Part shown: positions 9,183 to 17,699 of the stretch, piece by piece | Layout of the letters: each line of letters starts with the position of its first letter | Numbering within the stretch: position 1 is the first letter of the stretch | Virus record (IMG/VR): IMGVR_UViG_3300030372_003985 | Coordinates: 1-30,231 of that record | Length of the DNA stretch: 30,231 nucleotides | Source of the DNA: a virus | Taxonomy: Duplodnaviria > Caudoviricetes | Direction: 5' to 3' (one strand) | Position numbers and translations under genes: made by a program | The notes under the pieces: generated by a model | Seen by the model: the letters and a program-made list of their open reading frames with translations, nothing else | What the model was told of the DNA's origin: nothing | Databases searched by the model: none

Positions 9183-10259
9183 ATGAAAAGTAAAAAGTTG
9201 AAGTCAAGAGATCTTCTTACAAAATACAAATCGGTTATAAAGTTTTATTTTGATAATGGATATGGAAGAACAAGAGCTACAAGGCACTTCAACAAGACCC
9301 AAAAAGAAACTGTTACTCTTTGGGTAATGGAAACAGCACTGAGATCGATAAGAAAAGAGGTCAAGTTAAAAGAAGAATCAGAATACGAAGAAGAAGATCT
9401 TGAAATTCTTGATATACTAGAACACAAGAAGAAGATTCAGCTTCGAAAGTTTAAGAAGCAAAAAGACAAGACTATTGTCTTGCTTCCAACTGATCCTTTT
9501 GGTTTGTGGTGCATTGGTGATCCTCATCTTGACAATGATGGTTGTGCTATTCTTGAATTGATGGCACAGATGAAGTTGGTCCAGGAATCAAAAGCAACAA
9601 TCTATTCTGGATGCGTTGGCGACTTAAATGATAACTGGATTGGTAGGCTTGGAATCTTGTATCAGAACACGAGCATCACGGCCGAGGATGGTTGGAAGTT
9701 GAGCAAGTGGTTTCTTTCACAATTGGAATGGTTATTTTTTGTTGGTGGCAATCATGATGCCTGGGCAAACAGAGCAGGCATCAATCCTCTACAATGGTTG
9801 TGTCAACAATGTAGCGTAAAAGTATATGGTGAAGATGAAGTCAGAGTTGAGATCCAGTGGATAGATGATCCAAGTCTTGAAGAAATAACCATCTGCGCAC
9901 GACATGACCACAAAGGCAGATCTTGGTTTCATCCTACTCATGGACCAAACAAAGAATCAATGCTTGATGGAAAAGGTCATGTTTTTATATCTGGTCATAT
10001 TCATTCTTGGGGATATCTCCAAACTGAACAACGACATGGAAGGGTAACCCATGCAATCAGAGTCAAGGGTTACAAACAGATTGATAGTTATGCAAAGAAG
10101 AATCAGTTCTATACACAACAACATGGATCAAGTTGTCTTATTGTAATCAATCCGAAAGACACAACCCCTTCAAGAATACAAGTCTTTTGGGATATTGAAG
10201 CGGGTGTTCAGTATTTGGAATACCTGAAAGTCAAGAACAAGAACATAACAAAGAAATAG
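9183..10259 (+). CDS. Calcineurin-like metallophosphoesterase with basic N-terminal domain
   Basis: Motif set GDPH, GDLND, GNHD and GHIH. Confidence 0.85.
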   Translation: MKSKKLKSRDLLTKYKSVIKFYFDNGYGRTRATRHFNKTQKETVTLWVMETALRSIRKEVKLKEESEYEEEDLEILDILEHKKKIQLRKFKKQKDKTIVLLPTDPFGLWCIGDPHLDNDGCAILELMAQMKLVQESKATIYSGCVGDLNDNWIGRLGILYQNTSITAEDGWKLSKWFLSQLEWLFFVGGNHDAWANRAGINPLQWLCQQCSVKVYGEDEVRVEIQWIDDPSLEEITICARHDHKGRSWFHPTHGPNKESMLDGKGHVFISGHIHSWGYLQTEQRHGRVTHAIRVKGYKQIDSYAKKNQFYTQQHGSSCLIVINPKDTTPSRIQVFWDIEAGVQYLEYLKVKNKNITKK

Positions 10260-10303
10260 ATAAATTTTTATATTTAATTATTTATTTATTTTTTTTGTTA
10301 TTT

Positions 10304-10378
10304 AGAGTAATATTCCTACACAGTTTAGTAAATACATGTTATAATAGTACATGTAAGAAGGAACTTACAAACAACAAA
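10304..10378 (+). promoter_or_regulatory. Promoter/leader of cassette 1
   Basis: AGAGTAATATTCC box and extended -10 TGT-TATAAT (TATAAT 10340-10345). The 40 bp at 10339-10378 are identical to 23728-23767. Confidence 0.75.
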
Positions 10379-10390
10379 AAGGAAAAAACA

Positions 10391-10690
10391 ATGGAAAGAA
10401 GAAAAACAAAAACAACTTATGAATTTCAAATAAATACCCATGATAAATATGGAGATATTTTAAACTGTGATGTCACTTCTGATTCAAAAGAAGCTTTAAA
10501 TATTGCTGAGATGGAAAAAGAAAATATGGAAAATGGTCAATATCTTAGCGTTGAGATTGTAAAGTTTATCCAATATTTTGAAGGAGATTTTCTTTACAAC
10601 CAAGAAAGAATAACAGAGCCGGCTTTACCAAAAAGGTTAAAAGCTAAAGCAAAAATGATAGAAGCTTTTAACGAAAAACAAAAAGCATAG
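10391..10690 (+). CDS. Hypothetical protein (moron-like, 99 aa)
   Basis: ATG 10391 after AAAGGA RBS, flanked by its own promoter and terminator. Confidence 0.8.
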   Translation: MERRKTKTTYEFQINTHDKYGDILNCDVTSDSKEALNIAEMEKENMENGQYLSVEIVKFIQYFEGDFLYNQERITEPALPKRLKAKAKMIEAFNEKQKA

Positions 10691-10709
10691 AAAGAAAACA
10701 AACCAAACC

Positions 10710-10733
10710 AAAAGGCCCGAAAGGGTCTTTTTT
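10710..10733. terminator. Intrinsic terminator, probably bidirectional
   Basis: AAAGGCCC-GAAA-GGGTCTTT plus T-run between convergent genes. Confidence 0.85.
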
Positions 10734-11568
10734 ACTTTGTAATCTTGTCAATGAGTTTGGTAAGGTCCAGACCTCCACAATCAATTTTTCCTTTGACCAG
10801 ATTGTAATGATGAATAAAACCTTGATACTGAAGATTGACAGAAGCCGGATGAACTGTTCCAAATTCCAACCCATTCTTTTTTGTTGGTGTTTGGAATGGT
10901 ATATCATAAGCGATATGTATTCCTTTCCATAACTGGAGAAGTGATTTTATTTGTGCCGGATGAAAATCAAGATGATCTTCAAGTGTTCTTCCATGGACTT
11001 TGGCACCCTTCACAATCTTCCTTGGATTGGTCTTGTCTTGATATTTGAGATAGTAAGGATTGCAGATCTCAACTCCAACAGAATAATTATTCCACGTTCG
11101 ACCACCAGCATGAAAAGCAACATGATTAGCATTCATGGTTTGATATATTGCTCCATCTGCATCAATAAGAAATTGCGAACTGAGTTTTCTATTGTTCAGA
11201 ATCTTGATTGTATCTAATGACTTTCTACAAACATCCCAATGATTAACAAACAACCTTACATCACGATCAGAGTAGTTTTCACGATAGCAACCTTTCTTGG
11301 ATGCGTACCCTCCTTCATCATTCCACAAAACAACTTTGGCTTTGATCTTTATATGCTTCAATCCGCAGACAATATAATTTTGTTTATGAATCCTTTGTTC
11401 TCTAAGATGCTTAACGGTTTTGGGTCCACAGAAACCATCTGCTCTCAATCCGTTATCTTTTTGGAATTCTTCAATGTTCTTTACCAATTCAGAACCAAAC
11501 TTTTCACACCCGAACCAACCCGGATTCCATCCGTGATCGTGCGCACTCTTTACATTGTAACTTGTCAT
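10732..11568 (-). CDS. Endolysin: PG-binding domain plus N-acetylmuramoyl-L-alanine amidase (Amidase_2)
   Basis: FQKDNGLRADGFCGPKT (PG-binding). VNHWD, SQFLIDADG, HAGG...N..SVGVE and HH...KIDC amidase motifs. AGGAG RBS. Confidence 0.88.
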   Translation of the reverse strand: MTSYNVKSAHDHGWNPGWFGCEKFGSELVKNIEEFQKDNGLRADGFCGPKTVKHLREQRIHKQNYIVCGLKHIKIKAKVVLWNDEGGYASKKGCYRENYSDRDVRLFVNHWDVCRKSLDTIKILNNRKLSSQFLIDADGAIYQTMNANHVAFHAGGRTWNNYSVGVEICNPYYLKYQDKTNPRKIVKGAKVHGRTLEDHLDFHPAQIKSLLQLWKGIHIAYDIPFQTPTKKNGLEFGTVHPASVNLQYQGFIHHYNLVKGKIDCGGLDLTKLIDKITK

Positions 11569-11600
11569 GTTGTTGATCTCCTGCTATATTTGACAATGTA

Positions 11601-11837
11601 ATGATAACAAAAAAAATACATACTTGGTGGGATCGTTTTATGTTGTGGTTGGAAGTGGTCAAAATTTTGATAAAACATGCAAAGAATATTAATAAAGAAC
11701 TGAAACAAGAAAAGAGTAAATCAGATTCAGATAGTCCTGGGGTGCTCACAAGAGAAGAAATCTCTGAAGTGGTTCTTGATAATTTACTTGATGCAATTCC
11801 TGAAGTTGTAGATATTTTTCATAAAAGAAAGCGGTAA
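11601..11837 (+). CDS. Hypothetical protein
   Basis: ORF closely followed by the gene at 11842; start uncertain. Confidence 0.6.
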   Translation: MITKKIHTWWDRFMLWLEVVKILIKHAKNINKELKQEKSKSDSDSPGVLTREEISEVVLDNLLDAIPEVVDIFHKRKR

Positions 11838-11841
11838 GGTA

Positions 11842-12114
11842 ATGAGCACCCAAGAAGAAAATCCTTTTGGTTGGTTGAAACATGTTACTGGTCCAGCTGG
11901 TGCATTGGTGGTTATGGTGTTTGGGATATACTTCTTGGGTCAATTCATCGATCGAATGGCCAACCGTCACTTCGAAGCAATTGATTCAATGGTTGAAGAC
12001 AACAAAGAAGCCAGGGATCAGCAAAACGAAAATATGATGAAACTTACCGAAAATGTAAATGAACTGAGTAAGCAAGTTGAAAAAATAAAAGAGTGTTGTA
12101 ACGAAAAAAATTAA
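11842..12114 (+). CDS. Single-TM coiled-coil protein, holin-like candidate
   Basis: GALVVMVFGIYFLG hydrophobic segment followed by a coiled coil, near the endolysin. Confidence 0.5.
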   Translation: MSTQEENPFGWLKHVTGPAGALVVMVFGIYFLGQFIDRMANRHFEAIDSMVEDNKEARDQQNENMMKLTENVNELSKQVEKIKECCNEKN

Positions 12115-12167
12115 TTTATTTTGTTCCATATTTGAAACTCAACCCGTGTGTAGGCTGGAGGTCAAAA

Positions 12168-12329
12168 ATGAATGAATATAAACTAAAGGCATATACAAAA
12201 TCGGGTGAATACATAGAACAATCTTTGGATGACTTTTATGAGATCGATCAGTTCTTGTTTGAGATCGGCGATCAACTTTCATGGTGTATTGTTGTTCGGT
12301 GGGATGGCATTACATACAAATACGTATAA
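12168..12329 (+). CDS. Hypothetical protein (53 aa)
   Basis: ATG 12168 preceded by GGAGGT. Confidence 0.65.
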   Translation: MNEYKLKAYTKSGEYIEQSLDDFYEIDQFLFEIGDQLSWCIVVRWDGITYKYV

Positions 12330-12354
12330 TTCCGAAATAGTCGTTGTTTTATAC

Positions 12355-12383
12355 TTTACAATAGAGTAATATTCCATTATATT
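12355..12383 (+). promoter_or_regulatory. Sigma70-type promoter with AGAGTAATATTCC box in the spacer
   Basis: TTTACA-17-TATATT, followed by AGTACAT as in the other two cassette promoters. Confidence 0.7.
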
Positions 12384-12407
12384 AGTACATATAAAAGGAA
12401 AACAACA

Positions 12408-12827
12408 ATGGCAAAAAGAAGAACTGAAAAGCGTAAACCCGGTAGTTGGATTTATAAACCAACTCGCCAAGCAATCTATCTTCGTGACAACCACACCTGT
12501 TACTGGTGTGGAGCAACTGAAGAAGATGGTTCTCAACTTAGTCTTGATCATTTGGTTCCTTGGATCAATTATGGAAAAGATAACCATCGGAATCTCGTTA
12601 CTTGTTGCAGAAAGTGCAACTGTAAAAGAGGCGACAAAAAACTAAAACAATGGTATCAGGTTCTTGAAGATGAGTTTGGAAAAGACCAAGAAGAGATCCA
12701 AGAAATCAAAAAGAAGATTAACAAGGTTCGCCGATCTTCAGATTCTTCCATTAAAAAATTAAGAGATGTTGTAAATGGCAAAAAGCCATATTGCAAACTT
12801 ACACCCGGTCATTCATTGGCCAAATAA
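12408..12827 (+). CDS. HNH endonuclease
   Basis: RD..TCYWC, SLDHLVP and NLVTCCRKCN motifs. Confidence 0.9.
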   Translation: MAKRRTEKRKPGSWIYKPTRQAIYLRDNHTCYWCGATEEDGSQLSLDHLVPWINYGKDNHRNLVTCCRKCNCKRGDKKLKQWYQVLEDEFGKDQEEIQEIKKKINKVRRSSDSSIKKLRDVVNGKKPYCKLTPGHSLAK

Positions 12828-12842
12828 CAAAGAGGGAAAATA

Positions 12843-13328
12843 ATGGAAATTGAATATAAGATTAATTTTGATATTGTTGACGACAAAATATTCGTCAACT
12901 GTCCAAACTGCGAACATAGTTTTCAGTTGGGCCATCTTGAATGGTCGGCTATAATATGTCCATCATGCAAGTGTGTTCTTCGTCAAGAAGAAGATGAAGA
13001 AGATTCAGAAGAAGAGGAAACAGAAGTGTTCGATACAAAAGATGGCAAGGCCAAAATTCCATGTGTGATTATTGCTAAGAAAGAAGAAGATCTTCTTGAA
13101 GTTATGACGCCAACAGATGCACTTATATATTTGAGATCACAAGATTGTGATGAGAAGATTAATCTTGTAATGGAAGGTGAATTTACAATTGGAATGCAAA
13201 AACTTGTGGATATCTTAATTTGTCATCCTGAATTTTTCCCTTGTTTGGATGTGGCAATTGATTCAGATCCACGAGATCGAAAAATAAATAGATTGCTCAT
13301 GAGAGCAAAAAAACAACCTGAGAACTAA
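12843..13328 (+). CDS. Zinc-ribbon acidic hypothetical protein
   Basis: CPNC and CPSC pairs; GAGGG RBS. Confidence 0.7.
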   Translation: MEIEYKINFDIVDDKIFVNCPNCEHSFQLGHLEWSAIICPSCKCVLRQEEDEEDSEEEETEVFDTKDGKAKIPCVIIAKKEEDLLEVMTPTDALIYLRSQDCDEKINLVMEGEFTIGMQKLVDILICHPEFFPCLDVAIDSDPRDRKINRLLMRAKKQPEN

Positions 13329-13371
13329 TCTCGGGTACATACCAAATAAATAAATAAAAAGGAAAAATAGA

Positions 13372-13713
13372 ATGAAAATAAAACAAGAATATATTGTCAA
13401 TTTAAAAGGCAAGAACTTCATCACTTTTGCCGGTCTTCTTTCAATGGCCCATGAAAACGGTTTGACTTCTTTAACATCAACACCAGTCTTTGAAGATCAT
13501 GAAAAAGGAATTTATATCTTTCGAGCAGTTGCAATTGGTGTTCGTGGTGATCAGATAATCAAGTTTGAAGATGAAGGTGATGCCATGCCTTACAATGTTG
13601 GTAAGATGATAAAACCCCATATCAGAAGAATGGCTTCAACTCGTGCTATGGCTAGAACGCTCAGATTGTACAATGGAATTGGTATGTGTAGCTTAGAGGA
13701 AATTGTAAGATGA
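13372..13713 (+). CDS. Putative single-strand annealing protein-like (Rad52/RecT-type) small protein
   Basis: FITFAGLL..AH and RMASTRAMARTLR...GIG...EE resemble phage annealase motifs. The CDS is solid; the function is tentative. Confidence 0.45.
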   Translation: MKIKQEYIVNLKGKNFITFAGLLSMAHENGLTSLTSTPVFEDHEKGIYIFRAVAIGVRGDQIIKFEDEGDAMPYNVGKMIKPHIRRMASTRAMARTLRLYNGIGMCSLEEIVR

Positions 13714-14036
13714 GTAAAGTAAAAATTCCAAACTTTCTGAATTATTACAGTTTCAAATGGTGCCTAGAGTATCTTTTGAATTGGTCAATCGAATCAATAG
13801 AAAAAGACCATAAACAGATTTCTGAATATTTTGAAACACTAGTTGGAGAAGAAGAAGGTACTGAAGAGGAAAATCAAAAACTTGCCAACCATATCTTTGA
13901 ATTGCATTGGCGAATGGCTGGTGCACAATTCGCTTTGAAAGCAATCAGAGATAACCAAGTTCCACAAATAATAGAAAAGTTGGAAGTGGAAATTAAAAAA
14001 GTAGAAGAAAATGAAACAGCAATACCATTGGTTTGA
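13710..14036 (+). CDS. Hypothetical protein
   Basis: ATGA overlap with the upstream gene. Confidence 0.7.
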   Translation: MSKVKIPNFLNYYSFKWCLEYLLNWSIESIEKDHKQISEYFETLVGEEEGTEEENQKLANHIFELHWRMAGAQFALKAIRDNQVPQIIEKLEVEIKKVEENETAIPLV

Positions 14037-14088
14037 TAAACTTCTCTTCGTCTTGTTCTGGTTGTCTATCTTGGTATACATCATCTAA
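14011..14088 (+). CDS. Putative 25-aa membrane peptide MKQQYHWFDKLLFVLFWLSILVYII
   Basis: Read from the sequence (below the ORF-track cutoff). Overlaps the upstream gene end and stops before the terminator; RBS is weak. Confidence 0.45.
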   Translation: MKQQYHWFDKLLFVLFWLSILVYII

Positions 14089-14109
14089 GATTGACCAAGA
14101 GAAAATAAT

Positions 14110-14138
14110 AAAGGCTGCATGTAACATGCAGCCTTTTT
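14110..14138. terminator. Bidirectional intrinsic terminator
   Basis: AAAGGCTGCATG-TAA-CATGCAGCCTTT perfect 12-bp stem between convergent operons. Confidence 0.9.
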
Positions 14139-14158
14139 GTTTTGTAATCAGGTTGTGA

Positions 14159-15796
14159 TTATATCATGTATTTAACGATGATCTTGTCACCATTTGGAGC
14201 AGCCCCAAAAGTGATACGACAAACACCACCAGTTCCACCAGTACGAGCAACTGAATATTCTGCTTCATCAGAAGGAGATCCAACCTTTTGACATAACAAA
14301 CCATTTCTGAAAACAAGAATTGCATCTTCGAATCCGGCTGCGACTGCATTGGAAAAGTCATAAGTTGTAGAACTTGTTCCAGTATATACTTCTTGAACCC
14401 ATTGAAAACCACACTTTGCGAGAGTAACCGCGTCATCGGCTATTTTTACAGTCAAAACCGAATTTGCAGAAAGCTCAGTTGATCCAATTGCATCGTCTGC
14501 AATAGCTGCGGATGTTACAGAATTTGCCGCTAACTCTGTTGCTGTAATTGCAGCCGATCCAACCTTGAGACCAGATCCAGACTTGGCTAAAGTAGAACCA
14601 TCAAGAGCAAGGTTAACATTCATCGAGGCACCAAGAGCCAAAGATCCTAAAGCAGCAATTCCATCACCAGCGTTTAAAGTAACCGCAGAAGATTGAAGTT
14701 TTGCATTAGTGACGGCTGAATCTTGAATGGTAGCAGTTGCAACGGCGTTAGAGTTCAAACTCAACGCACCAGAATCGGCAAGAGTTGCATCTCCAGAAAC
14801 CTGAACAAAGGCTGGTCTATTTGATGAGTTACCAACCATTATTCGGGCTTGGTCCATGGCTTGAAGTTTTGCAAGAGTAACATTCGCATCAGTGATCTTG
14901 TTTGTGGTTACAGAGTTGGAAGCTAATTTTGCTGCTTGAAGAGAAGCATCAGCGACATCAATTCCAGATCCTGAAACAGCGATTGTATTTGAAGATCCTG
15001 CTTGAACTGCAAGAGTAGAAGATCCACCAAGAGCAGCCGATCCACCACCAGTCAAACCAGCACCAGCCGTTAAAGTGATTGCGCTATTCTGAAGTTTTGC
15101 ATTGCTTAAAGTACCAGAAGAAACCATTGCATCAGTGATTCCAGCCGCCTTAATTTCAAGTTGACCGGATCCATTGAAGCCAACAGAGGAATTATCAATC
15201 TTAACTGAGAAGGTGTTCCCGGTTAAGTCCATACCTTTTGTTCCATCTGCTTGACGACCACCACCAGTAGCAGAGAACAAAATCCAATTTTGACCACCGA
15301 AGTTTGTAAGAGTAGCACTTTGTTGATAAGCATTTGATTCAAAGGTGTTTCCTTCTTTAATGAAAACGGCTGCACCATCTTGTAGCTCACCAAAAGCATC
15401 TGCATCGGCTGCACGTGTTAAAGCAGATCCAGATCCATTAAAAATGTAGATTCCGTCTTCAGATCCGGTAGATTGCTGATCAAGCAAAATGCGATCCTCA
15501 TTTGCTGCACTAAGTGTTACACCGTCAATGGCTGCAGGTGCTGAACTGATATCAATGTTTCCTGTTGCTTTGACACGACAAGCAGCCTTCCAAGAAAGAC
15601 CATTGATAGCTGAATCGAGTTGTGATTTTCTTACCAACTGATTCGGAGAACTGGCATCGCTAGATGTTGTCGGTATGGCCCCAAAAGAGAAAACTTGAGA
15701 AAGGTCCAACTTAGCTGGTTGAATGGTTGAGTTTGCGATCTTGGAATTGCTTACTGCAGAATCCTTGATCTGGTTACCTACGATTTGAATGGGCAT
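14159..15796 (-). CDS. Fibre-like virion protein
   Basis: WKAACRV..IDGVTL..DRILL..Q..GIY fibre domain, many VTxAKL-type ~10-residue repeats, C-terminal VFRNG...ITF..AP..D beta domain, GAGGA RBS. Confidence 0.75.
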   Translation of the reverse strand: MPIQIVGNQIKDSAVSNSKIANSTIQPAKLDLSQVFSFGAIPTTSSDASSPNQLVRKSQLDSAINGLSWKAACRVKATGNIDISSAPAAIDGVTLSAANEDRILLDQQSTGSEDGIYIFNGSGSALTRAADADAFGELQDGAAVFIKEGNTFESNAYQQSATLTNFGGQNWILFSATGGGRQADGTKGMDLTGNTFSVKIDNSSVGFNGSGQLEIKAAGITDAMVSSGTLSNAKLQNSAITLTAGAGLTGGGSAALGGSSTLAVQAGSSNTIAVSGSGIDVADASLQAAKLASNSVTTNKITDANVTLAKLQAMDQARIMVGNSSNRPAFVQVSGDATLADSGALSLNSNAVATATIQDSAVTNAKLQSSAVTLNAGDGIAALGSLALGASMNVNLALDGSTLAKSGSGLKVGSAAITATELAANSVTSAAIADDAIGSTELSANSVLTVKIADDAVTLAKCGFQWVQEVYTGTSSTTYDFSNAVAAGFEDAILVFRNGLLCQKVGSPSDEAEYSVARTGGTGGVCRITFGAAPNGDKIIVKYMI

Positions 15797-15837
15797 TTGT
15801 TATCCTCATGAGTATGACCACAAGGATTCAAAAGTCC

Positions 15838-16089
15838 TTATAGCCTAAAATAAATTACATGTAATGTATCCGATGTTTCTGGAACAAAGGAAGTTCTGAA
15901 GCGGGTACTACTGAGGAGGGTGATCTCGTTTCCTACTCTTTGAAGTATCCCATTCCAATATACAAGCAATGTACCTTTTTGAAAAGGTTTTATTTGAAAT
16001 TCGTTATTGGTTCCTGTGATTTGGGAACTTATATCTTCACTTACAAGTGATTCCGTTATTTGTCTTGTTTGTCTATATGATATGGGCAT
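15838..16089 (-). CDS. Small beta-sandwich virion protein related to the fibre C-terminus
   Basis: LLVYWNGILQ...SFVPETSDTLHVIY parallels ILVFRNGLLC...TFGAAPNGDKIIVKY. Confidence 0.65.
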   Translation of the reverse strand: MPISYRQTRQITESLVSEDISSQITGTNNEFQIKPFQKGTLLVYWNGILQRVGNEITLLSSTRFRTSFVPETSDTLHVIYFRL

Positions 16090-16091
16090 GG

Positions 16092-16490
16092 TTAGAACTC
16101 ATTCGCTTCATAAGTAACAAAGATCTCTGAGACGTTACAAGATCCAGAATCAACCTTGACGAAGATGTAAAATGTTTCAGTTTCACAATACAACAAGGCA
16201 TCAATATCTATTCCAACTGATCCTTCTGTTGTGGTAGTTAATCCATTGTCAATAGATCCAGATGTATTTTGAATTACTATTTTGTCTCCAGCTGCATCAG
16301 ATGTCATTTTAAATTCAATAGTTGAAGCTGATGATATAGATTGTAGTAGGAATCTTAGCGTTCCAACCCTTCCAAGAAAGTATTTACTACTAGAGTGTGA
16401 AAGTGTAACTGAAGTCTTTTTGTTGACATCAAAATTGGTTCCAACTGAAGTTATCGAACCATCTGCAACTGAAAAATTATATCTACCCAT
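16092..16490 (-). CDS. Putative small virion/decoration protein
   Basis: 132 aa, Ser/Thr-rich and beta-rich; first gene of the fibre operon. Confidence 0.6.
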   Translation of the reverse strand: MGRYNFSVADGSITSVGTNFDVNKKTSVTLSHSSSKYFLGRVGTLRFLLQSISSASTIEFKMTSDAAGDKIVIQNTSGSIDNGLTTTTEGSVGIDIDALLYCETETFYIFVKVDSGSCNVSEIFVTYEANEF

Positions 16491-16511
16491 CTTTTGATCC
16501 CGAAAAAGATG

Positions 16512-16545
16512 AAAAAAGGGTTGGAGCCAATGACAACCCCAACCC
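16512..16545 (-). terminator. Terminator/attenuator-like hairpin upstream of the fibre operon
   Basis: Minus strand reads GGGTTGGGGTT-GTCATT-GGCTCCAACCC-TTTTTT. Confidence 0.55.
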
Positions 16546-16798
16546 CCAAAAGGAAAAACGTGTCATAGAATAAACACCCTTGGATCGTATCATAAAAAAC
16601 CTATCAGTGCAAATGTATCCAAATGTAACTGATCACAAGTTTTACATAATAATATCGTGGAATACTTGCAATATTACAATATACTTGTTAAGTTTTTACA
16701 TGTAATGAAAACATGTTTTACTTACCGTAAAAACTTAACAAGTGACACAATGACAGGAACATACGTTTTAGAAAAATAAATATTAAAAATTATTATTA

Positions 16799-16823
16799 AT
16801 TTATTTCTTTAAAGCAAATGTTC
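16799..16823 (+). promoter_or_regulatory. Upstream motif copy C
   Basis: ATTTATTTCTTTAAAGCAAATGTTC, matching the copies at 3188 and 22170. Confidence 0.5.
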
Positions 16824-16840
16824 AAACAAAGAGGAAACAA

Positions 16841-17698
16841 ATGGAAAATAAAGTCATGAGTAAAATAACAATCACCGAAAAGATAAAGTCTCTTCCAAGA
16901 GATGAGCGTTTATTCTGTGCCTTATTCAATAAATATCGTTGGTTAAGTGAACCCAATAAGCATCCTCTCACAACTTATCGAGGATTCGAAAATCCGAATA
17001 TGCTGGATCTTGAGTTTGAACTGATCGAGATTGATAACTATTTGATGAACCATGCAAGGCAAAAAAACACCAGTCGAATATGGTATAAAGATTCTTGGGT
17101 TGAAGGAATCCAAAATTGGTTGAAGAAGACCAAGAGGGTCAAGGTCAATCCTGATCTCTTTGTGTCAATAGATGATATGGTCGAGAAAGACGAAGAGGAA
17201 AAAGAAGAACTTGAAGGTTTAGAGAAAGGTTTTCAAGAAGCAATTAATTGCTCTTGGGAAGACTTCTATTGTAGCGATTGGGATGATGTTCTTGCTTACA
17301 TAGTTGGAGATCTGAATCAAGCAGAACTTATAAGTGTTTGGTGGGGTCCAGGCTCTGATTATATCCGAAGCCGAGTAATGAAAAGCAAAGATAAAATCAA
17401 ACACCATAATGAATTCTGTGGTTGGATCTACTCCCTAAAGAATGTTCCTGATATCGTTGGAACTTATATCGTGGGGATTTGGGCTGGAGAATATGATGTT
17501 GAAATCCTTGGTGAGGACTATCCACCAAAAAAAGAACTGGTTCAAGTTGAATCAAAAGAACAAGAACCACAAGAAGAAAAGGTTTGGGGTACCATTCCAG
17601 AAGATATGATTCCAGATCCTGAGAAAGACGCAGTTGTTTCTTTTACCGAACTAAAGGAACAGTTGATCAACAGAATGCAAATGAAGAGAGGAGAATAG
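16841..17698 (+). CDS. Hypothetical protein, possible replication initiator-related
   Basis: GAGGA RBS. DLEFEL..IDNYL...W...IQNWLKK loosely resembles phage replication-organiser domains; adjacent to the largest AT-rich gap. Confidence 0.4.
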   Translation: MENKVMSKITITEKIKSLPRDERLFCALFNKYRWLSEPNKHPLTTYRGFENPNMLDLEFELIEIDNYLMNHARQKNTSRIWYKDSWVEGIQNWLKKTKRVKVNPDLFVSIDDMVEKDEEEKEELEGLEKGFQEAINCSWEDFYCSDWDDVLAYIVGDLNQAELISVWWGPGSDYIRSRVMKSKDKIKHHNEFCGWIYSLKNVPDIVGTYIVGIWAGEYDVEILGEDYPPKKELVQVESKEQEPQEEKVWGTIPEDMIPDPEKDAVVSFTELKEQLINRMQMKRGE

Positions 17699-17699
17699 A

